A stretch of DNA of 64,000 nucleotides from Tubulanus polymorphus. Taxonomy: Eukaryota > Animalia > Nemertea. Below the pieces are notes generated by a model. The model did no database searches. It worked only from the letters and a program-made list of their open reading frames with translations, and had not been told where the DNA came from. The DNA is taken from positions 10,882,485-10,946,484 of the forward strand of contig NC_134027.1 of NCBI RefSeq assembly GCF_964204645.1. Direction: 5' to 3'. Positions 26,301-39,301 of the stretch are shown here, piece by piece. Both the position numbers and the translations under genes were made by a program. Numbering within the stretch: position 1 is the stretch's first letter; the number at the start of each line of letters is the position of its first letter.

Positions 26301-29300
26301 TGAAACGTGGTGTTACAGTACAGTTGCGCCATCTATTCTATTTTGGCTGGCGTTAGAGTGTCTTATGCCAACGGTCTGGCCGATCAATAATCAATCATAT
26401 GCTATGCTCAAATCTATTTTTAGCTTGTATTCAAACGCAATTTCAGTACGACAGTAGCCTGTAATTTCACTACAAATGGTCGAATTGAGCATATTAACCT
26501 AACATATGCTAATTTAGTCATTTATTTTTCTTTATGGTGCGCAAAGTTTCATATTTGTTTAGGAATTGTACCAAAAAAATTTGATTTATTTGAGCATGTT
26601 TTTTTATGCTGTCTTTAATAAAACATGTGAAAATTCAATGCTTTTTGCATCGGAAGAACTTTATCTTGTCAAAATCCAACGATTTGTTTTGATAGTTATG
26701 GGCTTACAAAGACGAAACCCCTCAAAATCTTAGTTATATGTTATTTTGTGTTGGCCTGGTTTGGACTCCTCCAGCTGGTGCCCGTTGAGCATAACTAAAC
26801 AAAATGATGGCACAATTGAATATGTTGATATATTCATCATTGCTAGCGCGATTACTGATACTCAAGGCGTATTGGACAAGGTCCGAGCCAAATTTTGGCA
26901 TGAGACAAATGATTTCGTTTGGATTGCAACTGGTACCGGAATGACCCACTACACTTTGAGCATTGTTCCGTATCGAGTGAGTGGTTTATATGTGAACGCG
27001 CTCTCTAATTAGCCTGATTTCCTCGAGCCTGATCCATACCAATTTGGCCCAGGCTGAATCGTCTCCGTGTGATCGCGGCTGTAGTTTCTCTTAGTTTTAG
27101 TTGTTTTATGTCATTCTCAGAAAGTCGTTAGTATATGTTAAAAATAAAAAGGCCCCAGTATAGATCCCTGCAGAATTCCGTAATCAATGTCCTTCTTCGG
27201 AATAAGAAGTGGAATCCGGGAATCTTCTGGAAACCACCGAATCTATAGATATAGTTTAAAGAATACGTATAAAGAATTATGTCAATTTATACGTAATTTG
27301 TGCAAAAAAGTAATTTATAAATTGTATATTATTTGTTATGAATTGCTATAATTTTCAGAAAATAAATATATAATAATTTATAGAGACAGACCGAAAATTA
27401 CCGATTCGGGTCTCAACGCAAGCTAACTGCTGAGCTCAGGCCGATTGGATTTGAGCGTATTCAACTGTTGAAACTAATGTGGGAACGATGTTTTTATTTC
27501 AGAGCCCGTGGGTCGATGTCTTACGCAACGTCGTTCGAAGTTGTTACCGATTCTACGGGAATGAGCATCTACTGATGTCAAGTGCTGCTGCCTCCAATTG
27601 CCACGCGCCGACTAGTATGCACATGTACAATAACAAAGATGGCTCCGTGTCGATACTGAGTGGCAGTACGTTAGTAACGGTTTGCAATACGGCGCCGAAG
27701 GTCAGTCTTGAATTGAAGAGGAAAGAAAACAAGAAAACTAACTTAAAAGTTTATTGACGCTTCGAAAAACAACGCGCATATTGGTTTGATACTGTCGACA
27801 AAAGATGTTATTAATGATATACACATATCGACGAAGTTATTTTAGATTTGAATATATCGATAATTGAATTGACCGGCAACCAGTCTAGCCCCGATATATA
27901 TCGATGACGTAGCGCCCATTATCAAAATCTATCAAAAATGGAATAAAAGTTATGAAATTTATTTAGTTACAAAAAAAATGCCAAAATTCACAATTGTAAT
28001 TGTTATTTGAAACGCCAATATTGATGTATATAACGCATACTAGGTATCAACGTATATAAATGTGTTTCTTGGGTATTGTATTTTGCGCAGGTGAATTTGA
28101 CAGCTTCAAACATTAAAAGTGAACGAAAATCGAAACGGCTTCTAGAAAAAGGTAATAAATACCTCAGTCCGAATAGCTTTAAGAGGGGAGTTCAAGGATC
28201 TAAATGTGACCCCAATTCTGAAAAACACAAGGAATTGATACGGGAAAAACGCAAGTCCTGAAAAGTTATGGAAATTCGTTATTGTTTGCAAACGCTCGGA
28301 AAAGTTATGCATGAATTAATCAATGAATTAAAAATACGTTCTCCCTGGGTTAAGAAATACAATATATGTTCTCCATACGATCAAATTCCTAAATTGGACA
28401 AGTTCCTAGTCGGACAAGTTATCGCAGTCCAAGAAAAAAGATCCAATTCGAGTCGAGTTTACAGGGTCCCAACAACTCCTTGATTCCGGAGAAAACTCCT
28501 TCAATTTTGAGAAATTGGCTATTAAAAATCCGGGATTTTTTTTTAAACAAAATAAGCCAGTTACCAAATCAGAAACCAACTAAGTAGTGTATAGGATAAA
28601 AAGAGGCTTACAAAACTGCTGACAATGGTTTACCTTGATTTTGATAGTACCGATTCAGGAGGAGTCTATTACGGATATAGAAGTGGTGCAGATGTTAAAA
28701 CTACTCGCGCCAGTCGATCAAAAGTCGATTAGAGTTAACCAGCGGATAGTTGAAAAATTGACGTTAACCGATTAGCACTCAAGCCGCCCTTATCCACCTT
28801 GCCTATTACTCCTCAAGCCGCCGAACCCACCCCAACACTTTTTTGATGCTGCACAAAAACGGTTATAGTGGGATTCGAAACCCAATAGCTTAAACTAGAC
28901 ACCCAAGTCCTCAAATACAGAACAAAAATCAACATCCTCCTATTTCAATTTCTCGAGTATTTAAAGTATGAACATGACAGATCTGAGCGCTCGATAAATT
29001 TTGGGGGGCCAAAAGGACACAATTTCGGTGCCCCAACTCATCAAATCATACGAAAGCCTTGACTATTTACTACAAAATAACATGAACTTATAATGCTTGG
29101 AAATAAACAGCAAATGAGCTATTCGGTATCGTGATGAACTTTGATTTTCCTTTGAATTTTCTGAGGAGTAATTGACACTACATAGCGAAATTCCTGGATG
29201 CTAATGAGTTCATTAAAAGCTCATTATTACTGCGGTATTTATCCATCAGTTATCTTTAACCAACTTTTGAGCAACGAGCCCCTTATGTCAAGGAATTAGT

Positions 29301-31904
29301 GATCTGTCGCGACCCTGCGGTAATTTCGTTCTCGTTCTTTACGTTACAGAATTCGTCGATGAACCGGTCATGCAACAGTTATATATCTGTTACTTTTGCG
29401 ACAGCGATTACGCGAATCGCGAAACGCTGATGCAGCATCAGCAGTTGTGTAGCAAACGACCGACGGAGCTTCAGCGTATTATGGTATCGCCGCGGAAGCC
29501 GCCCGCTCGACAACAGCCGAAGGCGTCCGAAAAATCCAAACTCCGTCATCACCCGCGAGAACACGTCGAAAAACCGAGCTTCGTCAGCGCGTTGGGCTTG
29601 ATATCGAAATCCGAACTGAAAACGCTCGAACGCGACTCGCGCAAATCAATTGAGGTGATCAACGTCGTCAACGACAGTCCGCCGGCGATTCCGGTCAGTC
29701 CGCGTATGCCGACGACGCCTCGAACGCCGAAGTCGTTGATCTCGTTCGACAATCAGTTCAACCACGGCGCAAAGGAGGTAATCTGCATATCGAGCAGCGA
29801 CGAAGAGGATGTAGATGAGGAGAGCGATGCCCAGTCGAACAACGATGGCAATCGGTCAGCGGCGTTGAATAAGAATTCCGGTCTGTTGAACATCGACGTC
29901 ACGTCAAATCTCGGCCGCAAGTTGAAGCAGCACATCGAAAGTTTCGAATTGCACCATCTATCCGTCGTCAAAGACTACGACCACTTCTGTCATACGCCGC
30001 GTAAAAGCCGCGTGTACTCGAAGCTGCGCGATCGCGACAACAACTTTCCGGTCATGTTTCGCAAACGCAAGGCGACGCGACATGCGCACGTTTACAAGTT
30101 CACGCGGCGACAGCGCGAGAACTTCATGTCACGCCTGCGTACGGGACTCGACGCGAAAAGCCGCGTGCTGTCGAAGCAGATGCGTCCGTGTTCGGTCATC
30201 GTGCGGCGTTTGACGCGCGAGAAAATCGATTTCTTCGCGCGGCGGACGCGGTTCCCCGTTCTCGAGCGGCTGCGGCAGAGTTTCAAATCCGACGCGGTTT
30301 CCGCCGCCGATATGCCGTCCGTGTTTCCGACGCTGCCGGCGCTCGTCTCGCCGAACGTCGATCGTCTGTTGGGCTTGAAAACGAAAACATCGAACCTGCT
30401 GTCGTCGGCGAACATCGCGCTGGCGATCCGCGGCGAAACGAGCGCGCAGATGACGCAGCAGAAGGTCACCGTTTACAAGTCGTTGTTGTCCGACTATACG
30501 CACTTCATCGACAAGCAGAAGAAGATCCAAGGAATCGGCAGCAAAACGCAGCCATTGATTATCGATATCAGCGATAGCGATTCGAACGACGACACGAACC
30601 GCGAACGACCGACGAAAAAACAGCAACCGCAGCCCCAAGGTCCCGTAGTTGGTATTCAGCCGCCTCAGGTCGTGTGGGTTGGACCGGGTAGTCCGGGTCA
30701 AGTTATGGGGCGTTTGTCGCCGTCGGTGTGTCTGTCGCAAGATAACAACGCCGCCGATACGAGCAACGCATCGCGATCGAAATCCGTCGACGACGAACCG
30801 CTGCGAGCGACGAACACCGCAAAACGTAGATTGCTTAATTCGCCGACGGACTTACCGGCGTCAAAGCGACAGCGGAAAGACGACGATGTTGCCGTGATTT
30901 CCGAAAAGTCGACGACATTTTCGCCGCACGTCGTGTTCAGGTGTCATTTGTGTACGACCGAGTCGCATTATAAAAACAACGCTCAAGCCGAAATCAATCG
31001 CCACATTCTTAACAAACACAAAGGCGAAGTAGTCCACCTGATGGACTACCGTCCGCACAAGTCGGAAGGCCAGTCGGTGCACATCGTCGAAGCGATGGCC
31101 CGTGTGCCGACGGCCGTGACGCGGCTCGTTAACACGAAAGCGTCCGGTAAACAATTGAAACCGGTCGTTCGAAAACCGACAACCTCGACAACGACGAAAC
31201 CGTTGTCGTCAGCTCATAACGTTAAAACCAATTCATTGAGCAAACACCTGACGATGCTAGCCACGGGAAAAAATAGTCAAGTATCGACGCAGTTGCAGTC
31301 CTCGCAGTGCTCGCAGAGAAGAGAGTCGGCATTATGCGCTATACCGACGTATTTACACAAATCGTCGTCGTTTCAACCATTTGTTATGTTGAAATCTGGT
31401 CTTACGGCTGCGTCCGATAAAACTGGTAATACCGCTTCGCTCGGTATGATGGCGTCCAGTTCGACTAAAACCGCCGGCGCGAAGACTTGCATCGCTTCGG
31501 CGCCCGTTAAAATCGGCGCTAATAAAAGTACACCGCTCGTCGTGATGACGAGGTCGAACTCGCCTACCAAACCGGGAATCGTGAATACTCAAAATACGAA
31601 CGTCGTTTCGACTTCCGCGACGAAAAGCCGTTGTCATCAAACCGCAAATTCCGCGTTGTCGGATAACGGTAAGACCGAGCGACGAAAAACGGCGCGCGGT
31701 AAAAACTTACGACGCGTTTCGGCGCGAGCGGGCAGTGTTTCGCAGAGCGTCGCGGCAGCGCCAAAATTGCCGACCTCGCTCGAAGGAACGGGTAAATCGG
31801 CGCGGAATATCCCGCCGTCTTCCAGCGCACCGCGTGTCGGAGATTCGTCTGACGATAGCGAAGATGAAGTCGTATTAATCGACGAAGTTATTTGTTTGGA
31901 ATAA
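23339..31904 (+). CDS. NRF1/Ewg/P3A2-like DNA-binding-domain protein with C2HC and C2H2 zinc fingers and multiple SIM-like motifs (~1022 aa); divergent paralogue, not canonical NRF1
   Basis: Exons 23339..23593, 27503..27700, 28091..28151 and 29350..31904 join in phase (3069 nt). LPSLTID..M...LCAFIPQM...PEWWPEDVPF...SDPR...W..VLR.VV.SCY..YGNEHLL...NKDGSVS matches the NRF1 pattern as I recall it. Fingers are CYFC...HQQLC and CHLC...HILNKH. Confidence 0.82.
23735..23976 (+). repeat. 60-bp minisatellite x4 (intronic)
   Basis: Unit TCCTGCACCATTATGCCGATAATAGCCATTGGCCCTATGTCATATAGCGCAAAAAATACA. Confidence 0.95.
25032..26294 (+). mobile_element. Helentron-associated interspersed element (HINE/DINE-1-like) with a central 154-bp tandem array
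   Basis: 5' end: T-run, subTIR GCCCACTTGGG within a hairpin, and (CGTC)n microsatellite. 3' end: subTIR CCCAAGTGGGC, short hairpin, CTAGTT. Four 154-bp units lie at ~25625..26225. Confidence 0.82.
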
Positions 31905-32118
31905 TACACGGGTCCCTACAAGCATGAACGCAGACGTCGGTCATTCGGATGTCGTCCTAGTTTTCAAGGAGAGACGTTTCTTATTAATTGCTGTGCTTAC
32001 TGCTTATACTTTTAATCCACCTGGCCATCTTACTTTATGTAAGCAAATAATTAATACTCGTTTACGTTTGCGCGGAAACACTTTGCATTAATCATTGTCA
32101 GCCCATTGTCTTAATTAA

Positions 32119-32161
32119 CCCTTGCGGTGCTGTCTAGATTGTTCCCAAAAGAGCTAGAGAT

Positions 32162-32215
<54 letters not shown>

Positions 32216-32340
32216 GTATATATAACTAGGAAATAAGAAAACTTATTACGAAAAACATCAATGCACACTGTGATGCAGTGTACTAGCCAAGTTCATCACC
32301 GATTTATACACCGTACTGCAATGTAAACACAATGAAAGGG
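32119..32340. mobile_element. piggyBac-like MITE (diverged, contains (TA)n)
   Basis: TTAA|CCCTT...AAAGGG|TTAA; same family as 35176..35460. Confidence 0.7.
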
Positions 32341-35175
32341 TTAAATATTAAATCTTAACCATTGTCGGTATGGATTTAAACATGCCCAAGAGCTAGACCA
32401 TTCAATTTCATTTAGCGACATCATTTGAAGAGAAAACTGCATTAATGCACTGATTCATAAAGTACACTTAGTGTATCATATGCTTTTGGACTTCTTGATT
32501 ATCGGGTTATAGATGGTTGCTACTATGACTTATCTCTCTCTCTTTTGAATGACACGCACTTTTCTCATTTTTTTCTCAAATTTCGCAGGTCAATTCTGAA
32601 CAATGGCTGACTAATAATCGCCCTGTTTCCAACTAAGTGTATAAAATAGCTCATAATGGTACCTCAGACGATTGCTAATAGTCTGTTCCTTGAATTACTG
32701 TTAAAAGATGCAAATGCCATTATGCCATCACGATTGGACCCGCTCTCTAGAACTTAGTTGAGAAATATTTGAAGTAAACAACAGTTAACCTAAGCAATAA
32801 TGCATTACAACTCGGCTTCTCTACTGGGATGGATGAACTCCGTAGAATTATATTTATATCACTCAAGCATGTCAGTGGTCAGAGTGTATTTTAGATTATC
32901 CATTGTGAGTGAATTATCGAACTCTATTTAAAACAATTAAGGAAAACAATGTATTATTGATGTATTATTATTCATTTGGCTTAACATTACGAAAGGTAGC
33001 AAGATCCAAGGCACGAGAGTGCACAGGTCTTCCAACCTATGTAAGGTGCTTCCAGCAGTAACAAGTTGAGAAATTTTCTACCCTAAGTAACATTTCTGTT
33101 ATACTTCAAATCAGGCAATATAGTTACAAAATACTGAAAATCAGGAACTATTAGTAGCTCTGAGTCGAGTCTATATTTTGACCGTTGGTGGCTTGGTGCT
33201 GATGTGAATAACATCTATAGCCAAATTCGCAAGAGATGATTCGACCCTGTCCAAATTTGGCCTGTGCCTAATCAGAGAGCCAGTCACTGGATACTAAACG
33301 ACGCCAACACAAGGCAAAGTTAGTCGCTTCCAGAATCGGCTAAAATTCACACAAAATAATTTTGACCCGTGCTTAAAAATTTGGCTCGGCCAAAACGCTC
33401 ATGTGGTCGTTGCTAATATTTTTACGGTCCCATTTATTTACGCCTTGGAATTCTCTCAGTATAATCATAACTCAAAACCGTTGATTTAGCCATATTCATT
33501 TTACCATATTAGTTACCTATTATCCGTTGTAATTTGTACACGCTCGATCACGGTGTTAATTAGTTAGAATGTACGTTATTGTTACAAGATATCATTACGG
33601 TTGAGGCCTTAATTAATTTTCTTTTTCTGTTGATTTTTTTTGTCACTTCATTTATTACAGCACGCGAAAAAAAGAGGAATCGATTCACAAATCTACTTAG
33701 TAATTGCTTTCTGATTTTCGGCGCATTATCAAATGCGAACGTTGTTTTACGGTCCGCTAGTATTTAAGATATTATGTTAAATCCAGATTTCTAAGGGAGA
33801 TCGCCTTTCACGAGACCATGTAATAAGATTGATTGAGTGAGCACATCTCGATGGATGAAAATACTCTTATATTTTTTAAAAAATTTCGTAGGAACGCTTG
33901 CAAAAAAGTGTTTGAAACTAATATTTGTGATAAATTGTGTTTGTACATATCATATACGAGAATATTTTTGTACGAGAAAATGGGGTGTTGGCTGTATGAT
34001 ATTTCGATTGCGATTGAGAGGTGACGTGAAATTACTTTTGTATAACGAATGATGATCGGTTTAGAGCGGGGTTACCGGGTAGCGCTCTGTATAGTGGAAT
34101 CCGGACGAAAAATGTAGTAGCGTCCGTTACTTTCAAATGGCTTTTTTACGCCGCGAAAAGACGGCTGTACATAGTTCAAAAACGATATTTTAGACTGGGT
34201 GGACTTCGGTTTTTGTAGTTTTAGTAGAATTTGTATATATTCGAATGCGCTGTAGTACAATCTCACTTATTTCATGGTGTCGGCCATCTTGTTCCTAGGT
34301 GTGAACTACGGCGATCGTTCTCAATCGCGTTGTTCGCCATTTTTTCGGCCGTACTTTTATTCAGCATTATTTGGTCCGTGAATAGCCTATAAATGGCAAT
34401 AGCCATAGAACTGAAGAGTTATCTATACCTGTATGTATGACGAACAATACAATGTTTATGATTTAATTCATGTGTCTACCCCTTCCCAGACAATGCGTAA
34501 TAACGCGTAAAAACAGCGACAGAAGAGATATTGTGAATAATTGATTCGTCCCGAGGGGTTAGGTTCTAGAACAATGTAGTTCTAATAGCCAGTAATGGGA
34601 AGTGCAGAACCCGCTTCGATAGACTTTGCATCGTAGGGGACTAAAATATACTTCATGATTGTACATTATCGAAATATCAACTTTCACTGCATCTAGACTT
34701 AAGATTTTCCACCTTAGCAATACTGTTCAACGAGAAGTTCGTATTGGGTTTATTAAGTTGCGATTGAGCCAATTGTTTTTAACTCCACGACTAGCACTAC
34801 TGGTGGTTACTGCTGGTATCATCTACACATAAAAAAGTATAAGTATTAAAAGTATTGAGTGTAGAGGCAATTTTTAACCCATGATCTAATTCAATGTGTA
34901 TTGAAAATGCCCTTCATAGGCTACTATGATAACCATTTGTAAGTTGGATGTTTTTTTGCTGGAAAAATTTGACTTTCTCGTGAAAAAATCTTCGGAAGAT
35001 TTCTTCACTTTGGCTTTTGAATTGAACGAAAACAAAGATTTTATAGACAAGAGCTCAGCGATATAACCCCGGTAGGTTTCATTTTCGGCTTATATTCTAT
35101 AATGGCTTTAATATCTCGACCTATTTGAGTGCAGCAGCTTCAACGACGGAAATATAAAAGAATGTCTAAGCTTAA

Positions 35176-35460
35176 CCCTTTCAGTGCTGACTAGTTAATA
35201 CCCTATAGTGCTAGAGATAATTTGAAAATTTTTCAAAATTCCACCCTAGCGTGTTTAAATAACGGGAATACCACTATAGTGCGTCTATACTGCGGCACGG
35301 TATATCGTTAGTTACTAGTATTTCACTATGTTTGACAGTTGCTGCCATTTTGTGATAAGAGAGATAATTACTAATAACATCAACCCACCACAGTGCGGTG
35401 TACTCGCGAAATCTATCACTGATTTATACACCGCACTGCGGTGTAGACGCACTGAAAGGG
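35176..35460. mobile_element. piggyBac-like MITE
   Basis: TTAA TSD; TIR CCCTTTCAGTGC / GCACTGAAAGGG. A partial copy lies near 62750..62786. Confidence 0.85.
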
Positions 35461-37199
35461 TTAAGAAAAGGAAGAGAAAAATATGGCACATTATCAGCCA
35501 ACTTTAGTACGTGTATCTGACTTATGGCATGGTTTAAACGGTAGTATTGACATGGCTTTTGAATCAGATGCATCAAAGCGAGGTGGAATGTGCCGTCCTT
35601 TCGATGAGCTGTACGTTGGTTATGAATGTTGAACAACTGTATATATTTCCGTATACAGACGCTAATGTATTATTAATTTTACAAACACGATTACACGTAC
35701 ATATTCTTAGGTGGATGAGTGGGATCTTTCTTTACTCGTTTTGACTACGAAATAATTCTTTGAAAAAGATGAAATACAATATAAAAACTTAGAACTTGAG
35801 AATTAAAAAGATTTTTCATAGGCAATGCCCTTGCCAAACATGCTCCAGTTTTCAAGATAAACCGCTTTGCAATTTATTATTGTTATAAACACAATTGTAT
35901 ATACATATTCCTAGGTGGATTGGTGAATCTTTTTTAACTCATTTCTCTTTAAAGTTTTTCAAATTTCTCTTGCTGTTTTTTCGGATGTTTCGCATCACTT
36001 GCGCTGACGGCGATAATTAACGCTTATCGCATGAGGAAGCGATTGTATCGGGTCGATGTGATATCCTCGTGTTCGTTCATACCGTACGTACATTTGAAGC
36101 CATGCGATTCATATCTCGGCTCGTGTGTTTATTGGCTTGACTAACGCAATTTGCATTTTATTGATTCGGGTTCGATGTGTGCCTCTTGATACAGTAGTAT
36201 ACTTCGACCATCTAACTTCTCTTCAGTTGAGAATCGGGGGAAATATAAAGGTGGCTAATTTGGGCCGTGTTAAAAAAACAGTCGCGCACGTTTAGATTTT
36301 TTACAAATGCCTAAAAATCGTTTTTATGCGCGTTACAACGAAAATTACAACCATTTATCGCTTATTAGTTCAGCATGGTGTGGCCCCTGCCTCACAACTC
36401 TGGTTTTTTTTTTTTTACGGTAAAAAATTCCGCTGATGGGTTTTTTCGCTCGTCTTTTCTGAATACCACTGTTTTTGTACATTGCAATCACGTAATTAAT
36501 TATCTTCTAGGATCTCCTTACGATTTGTAAAACCTCATGTTAGAGGTTTGTTTTTTCTGCTGTTTTGTGTTCAAGTTTGGTATTACATCGGCGCGATATA
36601 TATTTTTATTTGCATTTTATTATATTGTGTAATATCTCCACACGGTGAAGCCAGGTTTATCATTGAGACGGTTCGTAGTCTAAACTCAAGTCGGGGGCGA
36701 ATCCAGGGTTTTCGAAGGTGCTCTGCTGGTCATTCCCCAGGAAAATTTTGAAAAATAAGTCATTTTCTTGCACGCAGAGCATATGCTGTATTTAAAATGT
36801 TCCATGTAATGTCGTGAAAGAAAATTTTCTAAATGGAGGTCCCCTGGATCCGTGCCTGCAAGTCGTCGTCGTCGTTGGTACAAACATTATGTTGACAGCT
36901 TAGGCCAACTTCGGTTTTCGTGGCTAGTCGACTAGTGGCCGGAACTAATAACCGAACACGCTATAGTTTGGTCATAACGTATTTCACAGTGTCGGCCATA
37001 TTGGAAATGGGTCGAAACTACAGCGACCGTGCTCAATCACGTGGTCGACTATTTATTTGACGTTCGGTTTCGTTTAGTTCGACTATAGTCGACTAACTCC
37101 CATAATCAAAGTTGGCCTTGATTGTCCATAGACAAAAAGATAGAGACGACTTGAGTTAAATGATGACTTATACAATCACGACTATAATATACATGTATG

Positions 37200-37312
<113 letters not shown>

Positions 37313-38271
37313 GCGTTTCTGTTTTATAACCGAGTTACTACTGTATTATTTCCATTTGCCAGTATCTGCTGCCTGGATCCTCCTTAGACAATCTTTTCCG
37401 TTCCGTTACATGGATTCGCGAAATTTTGCTCATTTTCGAGCCCCGCGTATGCACTTTCAAGCATGATGTACATAGGGAGAAGTTGGCAATTTTTTTGCGA
37501 ATATGGACGGCCTTTTGTTATATATTTATATATTCGTCCAGACTTAAACACGTTCGGAACTTCATGAGGGAAATCTCAAATTGAAATACGGGAATTGATT
37601 ACGTAGGTTACAAATGCCAGAAATTAGGCATTTTATGACCGTATTTTCAAAAAGCGATCACCGGGACTTCATATTAGGCTGAATTTAGAAAGGGGCTTCG
37701 GTTGCCAGGCTACAAATACGTATCTGCACAGGCGAGGGATCAAAATCGAATGTAAATGCTAGGATAAGTTCGATTGATGCTTTGAAACTGGGGCTTAGCT
37801 TTGTTTTTGGACCCCAACGACATTTACATGTTCATGTTGAGCCCCTTTAATTATTCCCAGCGTATTTACATTTATATATTACATATTTACTACGGATTTG
37901 AACTTAACGCACCAAAAAGCAGAAACCATGCACATATCTCGCAAATTCATGTAGGCCTATATCTACAGTTATCCCTGTTGTGTATATTAGTAAACCTTGC
38001 CTAACTCTGATCGGAACTGAAGTCGGGAAATGTTTACGTTTTTTTTCGCGAGTTAGCGATGTCGAGTCGGGCGACGTTTTCTGGATATCTGTTACTATTA
38101 GTCCTGAATATACTGGACACAAACTGTTAATGATAAATTATGGGCAATGATGATGATGATGTACGGAGCCAGTTTGATATAGCGCCGTTTTAACTTGCAA
38201 CTCCCTGGGACCCAGTTTTAAGAATTTATAGTCTCAACTTTAAGGTAAACTGTATTGAAATGTAACTGCCG

Positions 38272-38378
38272 ACCAAGTTCCACAGTTGTGAGTTAGAGTT
38301 AACTCTGAGTTAAAGATAGTTCATTTTCAATGAGTTAACTCCCGAGTCAAAATCTTAACTTGGAACTCTGGAACTGGG
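38272..38378. mobile_element. Short MITE (AGTTCCACAG...GGAACT), second copy at ~44679..44775
   Basis: Inverted ends and a shared internal GAGTTAACTCTGAGTTAAA...GTTCATTTTCAA core. Confidence 0.6.
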
Positions 38379-39098
38379 TCCCTAGATGCTAGGGTTTAAG
38401 TAAAAATTGGTCTATATGATAGAGCTCGTGTATAGTTCGATTATTTTAGGTTCTGTAATTACGATTTGATTTTATGGCGACAACCTCCTCCTCGCCGCTG
38501 CTATTTAGTACTTGTTTTTAATTAATGACACTCATAATTGGCGTTATTCTCATTTCCTCATTATTTTCGAGGCTGAGATGTTTGTAGCTGTTTTTAGTTG
38601 AAAAATAAATCATCACCCACCTTATCGATACGTAAGAATGGTTCGTTTGTTTATGTTTTTTTATTTGGATGTTTTATCAGATGTTGTTTGCTTTTGGTAG
38701 AATGAACGATAAAGCCACGACAAAATCGCAACAAAAACAAAAAAAAAAATTATTACTTATTCACTTCAGCCTCATCGGGTATGATAAATGAATGAACTGC
38801 ATGTATGTACAGGGTCCACTTTCACGAAAATGTTTAAGCTTAAAACGGTTAAGTTTACATTGATTGATACATGAAGTAACCGATACCAATTACACCGAAC
38901 ATTTTATACGTGAAACTGAAGGATATATAAGCCCACAGCAGAAATAAACAACTTCAATAGACTTCGCTCAAGTCGGATCTTTTGGGACCGTGGTGTCCGA
39001 GTTGGGTATAATGTATATCATATATAGTGTCACAAAAACATTTCAAAAAACATCAGTTGATCGGATCCTACTCGGGCGGAGTCTACTGTTTAAACTAT

Positions 39099-39301
39099 GG
39101 CCGTGATCACACGATCGTGTTTGGCCTGTGTCGGATTTGGCCCGGAACAACTGTTCACATGGGTGCCAAATGGGCCGGGGTTGTTTGGCCCGACCAAAAA
39201 CGTCGGACCAGGCCCGAGCCAAATTTTAGCACGGGAACAATTTGGCTCGCCTGATCCTTGCCAATTGGGCCCGGGCCATATCGTATCGGTGTGATCGCGG
39301 C
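39099..39301. mobile_element. PIF/Harbinger-like MITE
   Basis: TIR GCCGTGATCACACGAT / ATCGGTGTGATCGCGGC; the same terminus occurs at ~27066..27080. Confidence 0.55.

Noticed and set aside
29379-31909. Numerous antisense and alternative-frame ORFs over the large GC-rich exon (also 48861..49608)
   Set aside because: Shadows of a GC/CpG-rich coding exon with no independent features.
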